The translations under genes and the position numbers were made by a program. This document shows, piece after piece, positions 1-11,271 of a stretch of 39,915 nucleotides of DNA. The notes below the pieces were generated by a model, which saw only the letters and a program-made list of their open reading frames with translations, made no database searches and was not told the origin of the DNA. This stretch comes from Octopus bimaculoides (lineage: Eukaryota). Location of the stretch: assembly GCF_001194135.2 (NCBI RefSeq), contig NC_068992.1, positions 63,453,688 through 63,493,602 of the forward strand, given 5' to 3'. Position 1 is the first letter of the stretch. The number at the start of each line of letters is the position of its first letter.

Positions 1-119
1 AGAAGAAGAAGAAGAAGAAGAAGAAGAAGAAGAAGAAGAAGAAGAAGAAGAAGAAGAAGATTATCCAGAACTGGTGACCAGTAATTCTTGCCCTCTAGTC
101 TAATAATAGTGACCATTAA

Positions 120-153
<34 letters not shown>

Positions 154-366
154 GCTGTTGTTGTGGTGGTATGATATATTTTTATTTGTTTAGGGAGGCT
201 CATTCGTTGTAATAAAAAGGACAATCCACCACCCCCGTCGTTATCGAAGTAAAAGGAATTTGATTGGTTGTTATCAAATACTCTTTATCCTTCTAGCTTC
301 ACACTGATTGGAAGAACGAGAACATGCATGTACACATGCGCACACATGTACTTCACATGCACACCT
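1..366 (+). repeat. Copy 1 of a duplicated block (copy 2 at 30219-30638)
   Basis: Same order of (GAA)n, gaactggtgaccagtaattcttgccctctagtctaataatagtgacc, (ATT/GTT)n and ggaggctcattcgttgtaat...ccttctagcttcacactgattggaagaacgagaacatgcatgtacacatgcgcacac. Homology ends at cacatgcacacct. Confidence 0.95.
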
Positions 367-639
367 ATAAATTACATGGAGAAGAAACAAAAGATCATAT
401 CAAATGAATGTCATATAAAACTATTCCGCACATACAGTAACAGCCATACTAGCAATCCCACACCCCTCCATCATCAGCTGCCCCACTGCTGATATCACTA
501 TGGTTTCGACACCTGGGGTAGTACCATTCAATCCGACGGTGTAAACAGCACTAAAATTAATGTTATTTGAAAACAAGGAACAATAAATCATTGGAGAAGA
601 CACAATAAATTATTGGAGAAGAAACAATAAATTGTAAAT

Positions 640-1270
640 ACAAGTAACAGCACAATATGTGGCGAAGAAACATTAAATCATATTGTCACTAGCAACCCAG
701 TCCTGCCTGAGAAGGAATATATTCACAGACACGACAGAGTTGGGACCTATACACATTGGAAGCTATGCCAACATTATGGAATAACAACAGAAAAAAGATG
801 GTATAGGCACACGCCAGAAAAGGTCACAGAAAATGAGAAAGCAACCATAGTCTGGGAAATGCAGGATATAGTTGTCAGAGATCAAGAAAAAATTGCTTTC
901 TAATCGATGTATTAATACCAACAGAAGACAACGGTTCTCTAAAGGAAATGGAGAAACTTTCAAAATACAAAGATCTGGAAATAGAGGTAATTCATATGCG
1001 GAGTCTAAATACAGAAACAATTCTCATCATAGTAGACGCATTAGATATGATAGGGAAAAAAAAAGCATTCAGACGAAATCATAACACAAAAGCAGGACTA
1101 ACAAGTATATAAAACATACAGAAAATAGTACTAGGCACCGCACACATCTTAGGTAAAACATTTTCAATACAGTAACAATAAAAGCACCACAATAAACCAC
1201 AGCACATACCGAAGGTACACCGAGATGCACTCGGTAGTGCAGTGAAAGCACGTGATAAAAATAAGACTTC

Positions 1271-1271
<1 letters not shown>
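640..1271 (+). mobile_element. 3' fragment of an RLE non-LTR retrotransposon (R4/Dong-like), degenerate
   Basis: Frameshifted translation gives a zinc-knuckle remnant (ETLNHIV..PVL..KEYIHRHDRVGTYTHWKLCQHYGI), a restriction-like endonuclease region (KYKDLEIEV) and the C-terminus LGTAHILGKTFSIQ* (stop 1173-1175). The 3' UTR has a ccgag/ctcgg stem and ends in (TAA)n. Confidence 0.85.
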
Positions 1272-1328
<57 letters not shown>

Positions 1329-1339
1329 TAATAATAATT
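1272..1339 (+). repeat. (TAA)n microsatellite shared by the LINE 3' end and an opposed SINE tail
   Basis: Direct reading. Confidence 0.95.
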
Positions 1340-1575
1340 CTTTCTACTATAGGCCCAAGGCTTGAAATTCTGTGGGAGCCAACAGTTCTGAGAGGAAGAG
1401 ATTGGTCGGTACCTTTGACTCCAGTACTTGACTCCAGACTGCTTGATTATTTCGAGACCCGAAAGAATGAAAGCCAGATCTGAGCTCGGTGAGATGCTAT
1501 CCTGGAATGTAAAACACTGGAACTAAAACAGCAAGGAAGTTTTTCGAAGTTTTAACCATTCTGCTAGCTTTCAGC
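1340..1575 (-). mobile_element. tRNA-derived SINE, family 1 (degenerate)
   Basis: Matches the other copies (ggcacaaggcctgaaatt...cccgaaaggatgaaaggc...gaactc). Orientation is taken from the tRNA A/B-box head of intact copies. Confidence 0.8.
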
Positions 1576-2203
1576 CTGAATTTTCCCCATAAAATTCTCT
1601 CCTTTGCAAAAAAAAAAAAAAAANNNNNNNNNNNNNNNNNNNNNNNNNNNNNNNNNNNNNNNNNNNNNNNNNNNNNNNNNNNNNNNNNNNNNNNNNNNNN
1701 NNNNNNNNNNNNNNNNNNNNNNNNNNNNNNNNNNNNNNNNNNNNNNNNNNNNNNNNNNNNNNNNNNNNNNNNNNNNNNNNNNNNNNNNNNNNNNNNNNNN
1801 NNNNNNNNNNNNNNNNNNNNNNNNNNNNNNNNNNNNNNNNNNNNNNNNNNNNNNNNNNNNNNNNNNNNNNNNNNNNNNNNNNNNNNNNNNNNNNNNNNNN
1901 NNNNNNNNNNNNNNNNNNNNNNNNNNNNNNNNNNNNNNNNNNNNNNNNNNNNNNNNNNNNNNNNNNNNNNNNNNNNNNNNNNNNNNNNNNNNNNNNNNNN
2001 NNNNNNNNNNNNNNNNNNNNNNNNNNNNNNNNNNNNNNNNNNNNNNNNNNNNNNNNNNNNNNNNNNNNNNNNNNNNNNNNNNNNNNNNNNNNNNNNNATT
2101 CCCGGTTAATGGGTAGAAATTCCATGTTAATGTGATGTATTTTGAGTAGATATGAGGAATAATAATAAATGGAGCAAAACGCGTATAATCAATAAGTTGC
2201 TAT

Positions 2204-2295
2204 AATTCCTACATATGTTTCAAAATATATGTGCACTCTACTCCAAAGAAGTAAGAGGTGCTTGAAAATGCACGTAAATTCATCATCAGAGAACC
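2204..2295 (-). ncRNA. Hammerhead ribozyme (type I, Penelope-type), degenerate
   Basis: GGTTCT-CTGATGA(2289->2283), then a long imperfect stem II (tgaatttacgtgcat / gtgcacatatatttt), then GAAA(2221->2218)-C-ATAT-GTA^GGAATT. It has a palindromic minimal stem III, a GUA cleavage triplet, and stem I paired partly by G:U. Confidence 0.65.
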
Positions 2296-2834
2296 AACTT
2301 ACAAAAGCAAGACATGCGCTAAATGCTAAGGTTGCGTACGAGTAATAACACTATATAGCTAAGTTAAATGACCGTTAGAAACAAGAACGCTAGTTTACAG
2401 GGAGCCGTTAAGGGAGAGAGGCTATGAACGCTATACTAAGAGTTTAAATTAAAAGAAGACATAATGAACCGCAGTAAAATTCAAAAATCTAAAGTTCATA
2501 ATAATGGTAAACAAAAACTCTTAGTAAAGGAGAAAGGGAGAGAATCCAATGAATTCTTTATATATTACTCCTTATATAAACAAACTTATATAATGAAGTA
2601 AAATTAAGTATAGATTGTAAATATAATTAATTAACCATAGCAATGTATCATATTAAGATACGGTAATTAACCTAAATAAATGGTAATACAAGGTGATGAA
2701 ATAATAAGAATAAACATGCTTACGATAACAAGACCGATAGTATGTACGTAAATATACCAGTATGCTTCAAACTCAACGAATATAGCTTTTCTGGGAAAGA
2801 CTCGCTGAACCAACTGTAGAAGGGGAAAGAGTAA

Positions 2835-3240
2835 AAACAACTGGCGGTGGTAAGTAGCTTGCTTACCAACCACATGGTTCCGGGTTCAGTCCCACTGCGT
2901 GGCATCTTGGGCAAGTGTCTTCTACCATAGCCTCGGGCCGACCAAAGCCTTGTGAGTGGATTTGGTAGGCGGAAACTAAAAGAAGCCCGTCGTATACATG
3001 TATATATATATGTGTGTATGTGTTTGCGTGTCTGTGTTTGTCTCCCAACATCGCTTGACAACTGATGCTGGTGTGCTTACATCCACGTAACTTAGCGGTT
3101 CGGCAAAAGAGACCGATAGAATAAGTACTAGGCTTCCAAAGAATAAGTCCTGGGGTCGATTTGCTCGACTAAAGGCGGTGCTCCAGCATGGCCACAGTCA
3201 AAAGACTGAGACAAGTAAAATAATAAAAGAGTAAAGAGAG
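2835..3240 (+). mobile_element. tRNA-derived SINE, family 2 (near full length, internal (TG)n)
   Basis: ggtaagtagcttgcttaccaaccacatggttccgggttcagtcccactgcgtggcatcttgggcaagtgtc...gaataagtcctggggtcgatttgctcgactaaaggcggtgctccagcatggcc; recurs many times in the window. Confidence 0.9.
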
Positions 3241-3759
3241 TATTATCATTATTACTATTATTGTTATTGTCTAAAGTTAAAGGTAAATACTAAGTTGGGT
3301 GATTGTTCATACCACTTGTAAGGTGGCTGTTCACTAGTGAGAATGTTAGTAGGTGAAAAAATAAAAATAAAAACTAAAATTAGTAAAAAGGATGAAATTA
3401 AGGAAACGAACTGAAGGTGTGTTTCCTCCGATGCTGGCATCTGTATGCTCTCTGTGTTATTTGGTTTACTAAATTATTCTTGGACAACAGAATGTGGAAT
3501 AGCTCCAAGTTACAGAGAGGGCAAAAATCTTTACCCTTGTCGTAGGGTATTGAGATAGCCAGTATTGACCATTCCAAAGAGAATTGTTTATTGCAGTCCT
3601 TAAGTTTCCAGATTAACTTACTTAGACCGGTACTATTATTTTTATTCCTATCCCTAAAGGAAGAATAATGGTTGGAAATTCTCTTAGAGACCTGCTCAGG
3701 ACACATATCAAAAGGTGTTTAAAAAACCCGTAGTTCGATTTTATCTTGTATTTCTTCAA

Positions 3760-4300
3760 ATCTACTTACAAATTTCTTTAAAAAAAACTTACGCAGTCGT
3801 CAGAATATTCCTTTGTTGATTCGGGATTTTGTTCGCTCAATTTCGGAAAACGTGTGAAGCACTTTCTTTTTAATTGTGTGACATATAAATGAAGCATTGA
3901 TTCAAAACTTTTGATATGAGAAAGCAAACTGGTTATTATCTGATTGAAGCCTTGTAGTTTCAAGTTCAAATTAGTTAAATGATTAGTTTTATCTACTGGA
4001 AATGCTAAATCACTTTGAAATTTTTTATCTTCCAGTCCTATAATAGGAACACCTTTAATATCCATAAATATTTCACTTCTTCCTTCAGTTCATAAAATCG
4101 CTTAAGCATTTCGGCCTTAACCACTTAACTTCACAATGGTACAATAAAGATCTTTCAAAAATTCTTTAAATTCCCTATTATTCAACCCTTTGCTATTTAT
4201 CAAATTAATGGCCTTAGTTACAACTTTCATTACATTGCCCATCTTTAGAGATTTTGCACATAAACTTTCCATATCAATAAAGCAGTGACACACAAAGTTT
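3760..4300 (-). pseudogene. hAT-superfamily transposase fragment (SPIN/GTF2IRD2-like)
   Basis: Frameshifted minus-strand translation HCFIDMESLCAKSLKMGNVMKVVTKAINLINSKGLNNREFKEFLKD...WL...MLKRFYELKEE...MDIKGVPIIGLEDKKFQSDLAFPVDKTNHLTNLNLKLQG follows the SPIN/GTF2IRD2 core (HCIIH..LCAK, RWLSRG, DLAFLVD, LNxKLQG). Confidence 0.85.
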
Positions 4301-4501
4301 TCGGATCCAAAAGACCCTTCTTAAATTCATACTCAACCAGAACTACGAACCCTTCATACGGTAAATCAAAACCATTGAGGTTAAGTCGACCATTTGAAAT
4401 AGATCTTTACCTCTAGTTGTCCCATGCATTGAATTTCTTCCTGAATGTTGAATTTTGCAGTTATTCCACGTATAAATATTGCTATCGTGTGTTTGTACTG
4501 C

Positions 4502-4641
4502 TTTTAGCTTTAGGGTTTTAGGGTTTTAGGGTTAGGGTTCGGGTTTTAGCTTTAGGGTTAGGGTTACGGTTTTAGCGTCAGGGTTAGGGTTTTAGAGTTA
4601 GGGATAAGGTTTTAGAGTTATGGTTAGGGTTAGGGTTTTAG
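4502..4641 (+). repeat. Interstitial telomere-like array (TTAGGG mixed with TTTTAGGG/TTTTAGAG variants)
   Basis: Direct reading. Confidence 0.9.
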
Positions 4642-5029
4642 ATAATCTCGTTTCAAACCACTCACCCAATGAGTATTTTTGCCAAATTTGGTGAAAATCT
4701 GTTCAACAATTTTTCGGTAATTTTCTATGCACTGTGTACTCAGTAGCACATCTTCTAAATGATGGTAGAGTTTGATTTGAGGAAGATTTGGCTGTTATTT
4801 CTATGAAATGAAGCAACTGTTTGGAAGCCCTTTCTTTCAGCTATTTTGTTGGCTTGATTCCCTTATTAGCAATTATCCAATCAACAGAGACAAGTAGAAT
4901 AGTGTAATTCAAGCATATTGGCAGTAGTTAATAAACCATTCTATTATAGGCACAAGGCCTGGTTTTGAGGGAAGGAGTAAGTCAATTATATTAATCCCAG
5001 TGCATAACTGGTGCTTAATTCAAAAGGGT

Positions 5030-5852
5030 TACCAGGGACTAACGATATATACACCGCCACAAATTATTGTTGACAAAGAACAGCAGTAACTGTATTCAGC
5101 TGAATAGACGTCAGTGATTGGTTGAAATTACCGAAATACGACAATTTTTAAATAACTTCGAATATAAAAATTTTTCTCTGTTCTATAAGACAAAATATAC
5201 AAGTATACGAAATTTTAAAGTGTTTCGGTAGAAAACACACTAAATAAAAACTAAATAAAAAATGGTATTCGCCAAATCAGAAAGATCTGATTTTTACATA
5301 TTGTTTTCTTATCGACTGACAGAAAGAAGATGAGTGTCAGTTTCGGAGATTTATTTCGTAAAAACGTGAAAAATGAAACGGAGGAAAATTTAAATACTTG
5401 GTCTTCTTGGATATGAATAGTTTTTACACACTATCTTCTACAACTCTTCAGCTTCCGTTTCATATAAACATTATTTCGATACATGCAATATATTTTTAGT
5501 TTTCTCCGCTAAAGTGTAGCTGGGTCTCCAGCCGTTGGTACAAACCTAGCAATATGTGTTGTATAGTGAAAACAAAATTTCCATCCAAATGGCAATTTCC
5601 GGACGATTTCTGTTCGAGCCCGACCGTTTTAAGTCGTAGTGGAAACTCGATCTATGTTGCAAATAGACATACGAGTATTGTATAAATTATATAATTGCAA
5701 AATTTACTCTATTTTGTACATACGAGTATATTAGCCTGCGGTTAGATTCAGATAAACTTTAAACCGCTTCTTCTTACATGCTTAAATCGCTAAAGTTTAC
5801 ACTTCTATCCATTTATTAGTCATATGTAAGTCAGCTATTTGGAACACCCTGA
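5030..5852. mobile_element. Probable non-autonomous DNA transposon remnant
   Basis: AT-rich, non-coding, and ends in tttggaacaccctg (reverse complement CAGGGTGTTCC, which resembles Tc1/mariner termini). The matching left terminus is not clearly seen. Confidence 0.3.
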
Positions 5853-5889
5853 CTACTACAATGCTGAATCTATTGTTGGAAGCGCATGT

Positions 5890-6280
<391 letters not shown>

Positions 6281-6859
6281 TCCCACCACTGTTTCTATGT
6301 CTTTCTGTCTCTTTCTCTCCCTCTATCACATTCTTCACTATTTGGGAGATTACTTGTTGACATCGTAAAATTCTTCAGCGGAAATCACTCTTACACGGAC
6401 CAATCCAATTCAAACAGCACGCTAAGTTTTCGTTAGATTCAGATTTGGTTAAATCTTAAATTCCGTCCGTCTTTGGTTGATTCTTAAATTTACATTTGGG
6501 AAGTGAGGAACGCTGCAGTAGGTACCTCCCTCCGCTCGGCCATGGTAAGCGCCCCCGTACCATCTTCCCTACTCTCCCTGCCATTATGAATGTATTATAC
6601 TGAACCTGTGTCAAATGGCTTCCTCCTAGTCGACTTCCTTTTCTTTTCCTTTCACCTAGCTTTTCTGTTTGTCTGTCTGTCTTTCTCTCCCTCTCTCTCT
6701 CTCNNNNNNNNNNTCTTCTACTAGATCATATTTTTTAAACATTTTTATTAATTTATATATTTATTTATGTTTTACTTTTATTTAATTATTTATATATTTT
6801 TTCATTTTCTCTCAATGTCGGGGTGGTGAAGGGAGTTGAGCGCACACCACTTATAAAAT

Positions 6860-9672
6860 ACTCCAATGGCCTGCGCAAGACCTGTCCTCTGACAGTCAAG
6901 CCCGACTCCTTCACCAAGCCAACAGGAGTAGAGTGAGAAAAGGCGAGTATCTGGCGCTTTCAAATAACCGATGCTCCGAGTAGGCTGTATTCATTAGCCT
7001 TGGATGGCAGGCAGCCTAGGAGCAGGAACACTCTGAGTTCAAAACCAGGGGAGCAAGGACCCCGTCGCCTTGACGGACTACCTTGATAAAAATACCAGTT
7101 AGAAATAACCTAAAACCACACTCCATTTGTGGGTGAAAATGCCAAGCAAAATAAATTACAATAACGGTGTGAACGGGACTGGAACCAATGATGAAGGTGT
7201 CGCACCTGGCAGCGACCTCACTATGCAGTAGGGTGGGCTCCGCCGTAATTCAGCAACTGCTAGGCATACTACAAGTGGAGTAAACAAGTAAATATGATGG
7301 TTATGGAGTATTACTACCAGAGCACTCCAGTGGATGCGAATGGCGTGCCAGTCAGGGCGTACAGAAAATGAATGCACAATGAATGGAAGGCAATGGAACT
7401 CTACGAAATTACTGAACAGAGATTATGTGACAAGCAAGAGCAATACGAAAGAATGGATGGTTAACAGAATTGGACCTAGAAGCTATTAAAAGAAGAATAT
7501 CAGGTGATACTGGGCATGCGAGAAATGACGATAAAAAACGTGAAGGATTTGTCCCTGAGGCTGATGAAAGTCGACTTTTCTTGGGTAAGATATAGAATAA
7601 GCAAGACCAACATAATACTACAGCTGATTGGCTCTGCAGCCTCTAGCAAACAGCTTCTTATCCCCAGTAAGAGGCTATCCACTTCACAGAAGACAGTATT
7701 ATAAATATGAGTGAAAAGATGAGCAGCTGGAAAGCAGCAGGACCTGATGGGGTACAGGGATTTTGGATAAATAAAGTTCAGTAGTTGCCATAAATTGATT
7801 GCAGAACAATTTAATGTATTGATCAATTGAGAAGAATAAATCCCATGATGGTTGAGTAAAGGTCAAACGGTGTTGTGCTTGAAGGATGCATCAAAGGGAA
7901 ATGCTGCTGACAATTACAGACCAATTTTCTACCCCACGTTAATGTAGAAGTTACTGTTAGGAGAAATTGCAGAAGAACTGTATAAATTTCTTGATGAAAA
8001 CGATATATTATCGCCGGAACAAAAAAGGCTGTAGAAGGAGATGCAGAGGTACCAAAGATCAACTATTGATAGACAAAGTGATAATGCAAGATTTTAAGTA
8101 AAGGAGAACAAATCTGGGAATGGCCTGGATTGACTATCGCAAAGCATTCGATATGATTCCACATTCGTGGGTCACCGAGTGCTTAGATCAGGTTGGAATT
8201 GCGAGGAATGTAATGTGTTTCCTGAAGAGAAGTATGGCGGGATGGAAAACTGAACTGGCATCTTACAGAAAAAGCTTGGGCACCTTGGGTATCAGAAGAG
8301 GGATTTTCTGTTCTCCGTTACTTTTTGTTCTCTGCATGATACCCCTAACCTTGATACTTAGGAAAATTAACCTGGGGTACCAACTAAAGGAAAAATGCCA
8401 AACAATCAACCACCTCCTCTTCATGGATGATTTGAAAGTGTATGGCAAAGACGAGACACAAGTGAGTTCCTTGGTGGACACGATCGAATATTTTAATACT
8501 GATATTAGAATGGAATTTGGACTCAAGAAGTGTCGAATATCTACCTAAAAAGAGGCAAGATACAGTCTCTAGCAGGGATAGAATTACTGAACAGAGGCCT
8601 GATTAAGCAAATTGAAACAAACGGATATAAATACCTTGGGGAACTAGAGTTCAACGAAATAATGGGAAAAGAAATGAAAGAGCAACTGAGGACGGAGTAT
8701 TTCCGAAGACTGAGGTTGGTGTTGCGCTCAAAATTGACTGGATGGAATAATATCCAAGCATTTAATACGTGGGTGATAGCAACACTTCGGTATGGAGCGG
8801 GAATTATAAAATGGCAAAAGAGAGAAGTGAAGAAGATGGATACCAGACCAGAGAAATCCTAAGCGTCACACTGATAGGTTGTACTTGCCCAGAAGAAAGG
8901 GTGGGAGAGGTTTGATCAGTTTCCAGGACTATATCGAAGCAGAGGAAAACAGCCTAGGGTGGTATCTAAAATATGCCGTGGTGCCACTGTTGAAACACAC
9001 GAAGACGACTGGCGTCATCAAAACTGAAAATTGTGTAACTAAAGAAGAAATGAACAAAAACAAGAAAGAGAATAAATGGAAAAGAAAATGTATGGTCAGT
9101 TTGCAAGAGATGTGAAGACCAAGACAGATTCAGAGGACCAGTGGCTATGAATGAGGAGGAGCGATCTGAAGATAGAGACAGACGCATTCGTATGCGCAGC
9201 TTAAGAACAAGCGCTAAGGACCAATTATATGACGTGCAGAACTTACAACACTACCGATAGCGACAAAGGCTGAATGTGTGGTGAGAGGGGTGAAACGGTA
9301 TGGCACGTTGTTAGCGAATGCCCGAAATTGGTACAAGGCGGATACAAACGGCGCCATGACAGTGTGGAAAAAATGATCCATTGGAAGCTCTGTGGAAATC
9401 ACGGCCTACAAAGAGCAAAGATGTGGAATTGCAAAATCCTGTGGGATGCAATGATCCAGTACGATCACCCGACAAGAAATTGGAAACCGGATATTGTTGT
9501 GAGTAAAAGACAAAGAACATGTATGATAATCTACATAGCATGTCCCAGTGACAACAGGATCGATGTGAAAGAAGAAGAAAAAATAAACAACTATGATGAT
9601 TTGAAATAGGAAATACGAAGGTTGTGGTCAATGAAGAGAGTAGATGTGATACCAATAGTAATTAGTGCACTT
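6860..9672 (+). mobile_element. Degenerate R4/Dong-clade RLE non-LTR retrotransposon (5' UTR, N-terminal domain, RT, zinc knuckle, RLE; 3'-truncated)
   Basis: Many stops and frameshifts. N-terminal KWSKQVNMMVME.YYQS.P...EQRL...KNGWLTELDLEAIKRR (about 7270-7500). RT motifs KAAGPDG, NYRPI, EQKGCRR, MAWIDYRKAFDMIPHSW, HLLFMDDLKVY (LFMDD 8417-8431), YKYLG and LYLPRRKGGRGL. Zinc knuckle MCGERGETVWHVVSECPKL. RLE motifs RHD, KPDIV and YDDLK. Confidence 0.93.
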
Positions 9673-9674
9673 CT

Positions 9675-9845
9675 ATCGACTCCACTATTTGACTAGTTAC
9701 TTATGTAATACTCCGAAAGAACAAAAAGCAAAGTCGACCTCGGTGACATTTGAACTCAAAACATAAAGCCGGAACAAATGCCGGTAACGAGTCTCGTAGC
9801 TTGTTGCCTGATAAAGTTGGCCTCAACGGAATTTGAAACTCAGAA
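9675..9845 (-). mobile_element. SINE family 1 fragment at the LINE truncation point
   Basis: ccgaaagaacaaaagcaaagtcgacctcggtgacatttgaactcaa matches the family 1 core. Confidence 0.75.
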
Positions 9846-10039
9846 TCTAAAAAAAAAAAAGAAAAGAAAAAGAAAAAAAACAAAACAAACACTGTTAAAT
9901 TAGTTTTCCGACACTGAAACGAAACTGCCAACCAATCCGCCACCCTAAGGATGATAATAATATAATGAAGGTCTCTCCTGTCGTAGACGATATATGAGTG
10001 TTTAGCTTTTTTGCCGAATGCCCTGCACAAGCGATTCGT

Positions 10040-10260
10040 TTCTAGTGATCAAATGTGTGTGCCGTACATTAGTTCACTTCTTCCATCAAATCAACGTTAC
10101 CTGAACAGGTGCACCGTTTAAATCAGGTGTCGAAGTGATCACATAGCAACGTGAGATGAAGTGGTTTGCTCAAGAACACAACACCCACCCGATCTGGGAA
10201 TTGAAACCACGATCTCGCGATCGTGAGTGCAACATCCCAGCCACTTGGCCATGCAACCTA
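10040..10260 (-). mobile_element. tRNA-derived SINE, family 3-related
   Basis: The reverse complement starts ggttgcatggccaagtggctgggatgttgcactcacgatcgcgagatcgtggtttcaattcccaga, a tRNA-like head similar to 23611 and 36532. Confidence 0.75.
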
Positions 10261-10261
10261 A

Positions 10262-10354
10262 TAATAATGATAATAATAATAACAACAACAGCAACAATAA
10301 TAATCTTCAATTCGATATCACATTGTATATTTAGAGTCATTATATTTATTTATT
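10262..10354 (-). terminator. Candidate polyadenylation region of the AstC-like gene
   Basis: Overlapping minus-strand AATAAA hexamers at 10354-10349 and 10350-10345 (another at 10427-10422) lie 80-160 nt after the stop. A GU/U-rich tract follows at about 10300->10262. Confidence 0.5.
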
Positions 10355-10505
10355 CAATAAATTTGGGTTTTGTTTTTTTTATATATATATTTGTTGTAAT
10401 TTTCCTTGTAAATTGAAATTGTTTATTAGTTTGTGATTCCGTCGTGTTTTTTTGGGGCGTTTAGGTCCTGCTTTGATGGTCTCCATTTCATTTCGAATGC
10501 GATCT

Positions 10506-10646
10506 TTACTTCTTCCTCTTCACGCAGGAAATGACGTTCCAAATACACGGATCGTTCTTCTTGTCATCTGATCCATCTGAAGGAAAGGCATCTCGGCTGT
10601 CACGCAACAGTCGGTTCATTAAGTCCCTTTTGCGTGTAATCATGAA
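10506..10646 (-). CDS. AstC: Terminal coding exon of an allatostatin-C-like (AstC/somatostatin family) neuropeptide precursor; predicted mature peptide NDPCIWNVISCV
   Basis: Read by hand on the minus strand. The acceptor ctctcttttttctttcttttatttatttctacAG (AG = 10648-10647) precedes a phase-0 141-nt exon, FMITRKRDLMNRLLRDSRDAFPSDGSDDKKNDPCIWNVISCVKRKK-TAA. The C-x6-C ring CIWNVISC matches the AstC pattern (insect CYFNPISC). It is flanked by basic sites KK and KRKK, with an upstream RKR site. Paralog identity is not established. Confidence 0.8.
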   Translation of the reverse strand, partial: FMITRKRDLMNRLLRDSRDAFPSDGSDDKKNDPCIWNVISCVKRKK

Positions 10647-11190
10647 CTGTAGAAATAAATAAAAGAAAGAAAAAAGAGAGCAACTTAGTAAAATTGGAAT
10701 GAAACACAGACAAAGGAATTCTTACAACGTAAACAACAAAATTTTCGCTGGTAAAAACAAAAGTTCTGAAATAAATGGAGAAATTCAAAAGACCGTCTGT
10801 CATATTTACAGATGTAAGTTTGTGTTTCATGTGCAGCTTTTGACTTTTTCCATCCAAACGTTTTTTTCCTTTTTAACATAATATTTTTACCATTGTTTGT
10901 AGCTTTATTTACTTCGAATTTTACCGTTAAAAAGAATTTGCTTCACGTCTCTCGAAGTTTGTAAATACTTATAACGCATGCATCCTGAAATGTTCGCTGG
11001 TCAGAAGGAAGCTTCTAAAATAGATGGCGATTTGGACTGCTGTAGTATAGCGGCAAAACATCTACCACGTTTAAAGAAGATATGGGTTCGAGTCCTATGT
11101 GAGACTAGGTAGAGCATTTATTGTAAAAAAACAAAGACTTAGAATAACAAGTGAATCACTGACTACAACACATTGTATATATAGATGTTT

Positions 11191-11271
11191 TCGATCTAGT
11201 TTGGATTCTTTGCCATCAAATTTGATTGCAAAGAATTCAAATTTGATGGCAAAGAATCCAAACTAGATCGA
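11191..11271. repeat. Perfect 35-bp inverted repeat with 11-nt loop
   Basis: 11191-11225 tcgatctagtttggattctttgccatcaaatttga is the exact reverse complement of 11237-11271. The arms extend about 10-15 bp further with mismatches. Confidence 0.97.

Larger units (their letters stand above)
2100..3745 (-). mobile_element. Penelope-like element 3' portion (GIY-YIG C-terminus, 3' region and terminal repeat with hammerhead), interrupted by a SINE at 2835-3240
   Basis: ORF 3398-3706 (KRISNHYSSFR...STGLSKLIWKLKD...EWSIL...PY...CPLCNLE...LVNQ...CQHRRKH) has the typical C-terminal half of PLE GIY-YIG endonucleases. A hammerhead core sits on the same strand at 2295->2204. The extent of the terminal repeat is inferred. 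Confidence 0.8.
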
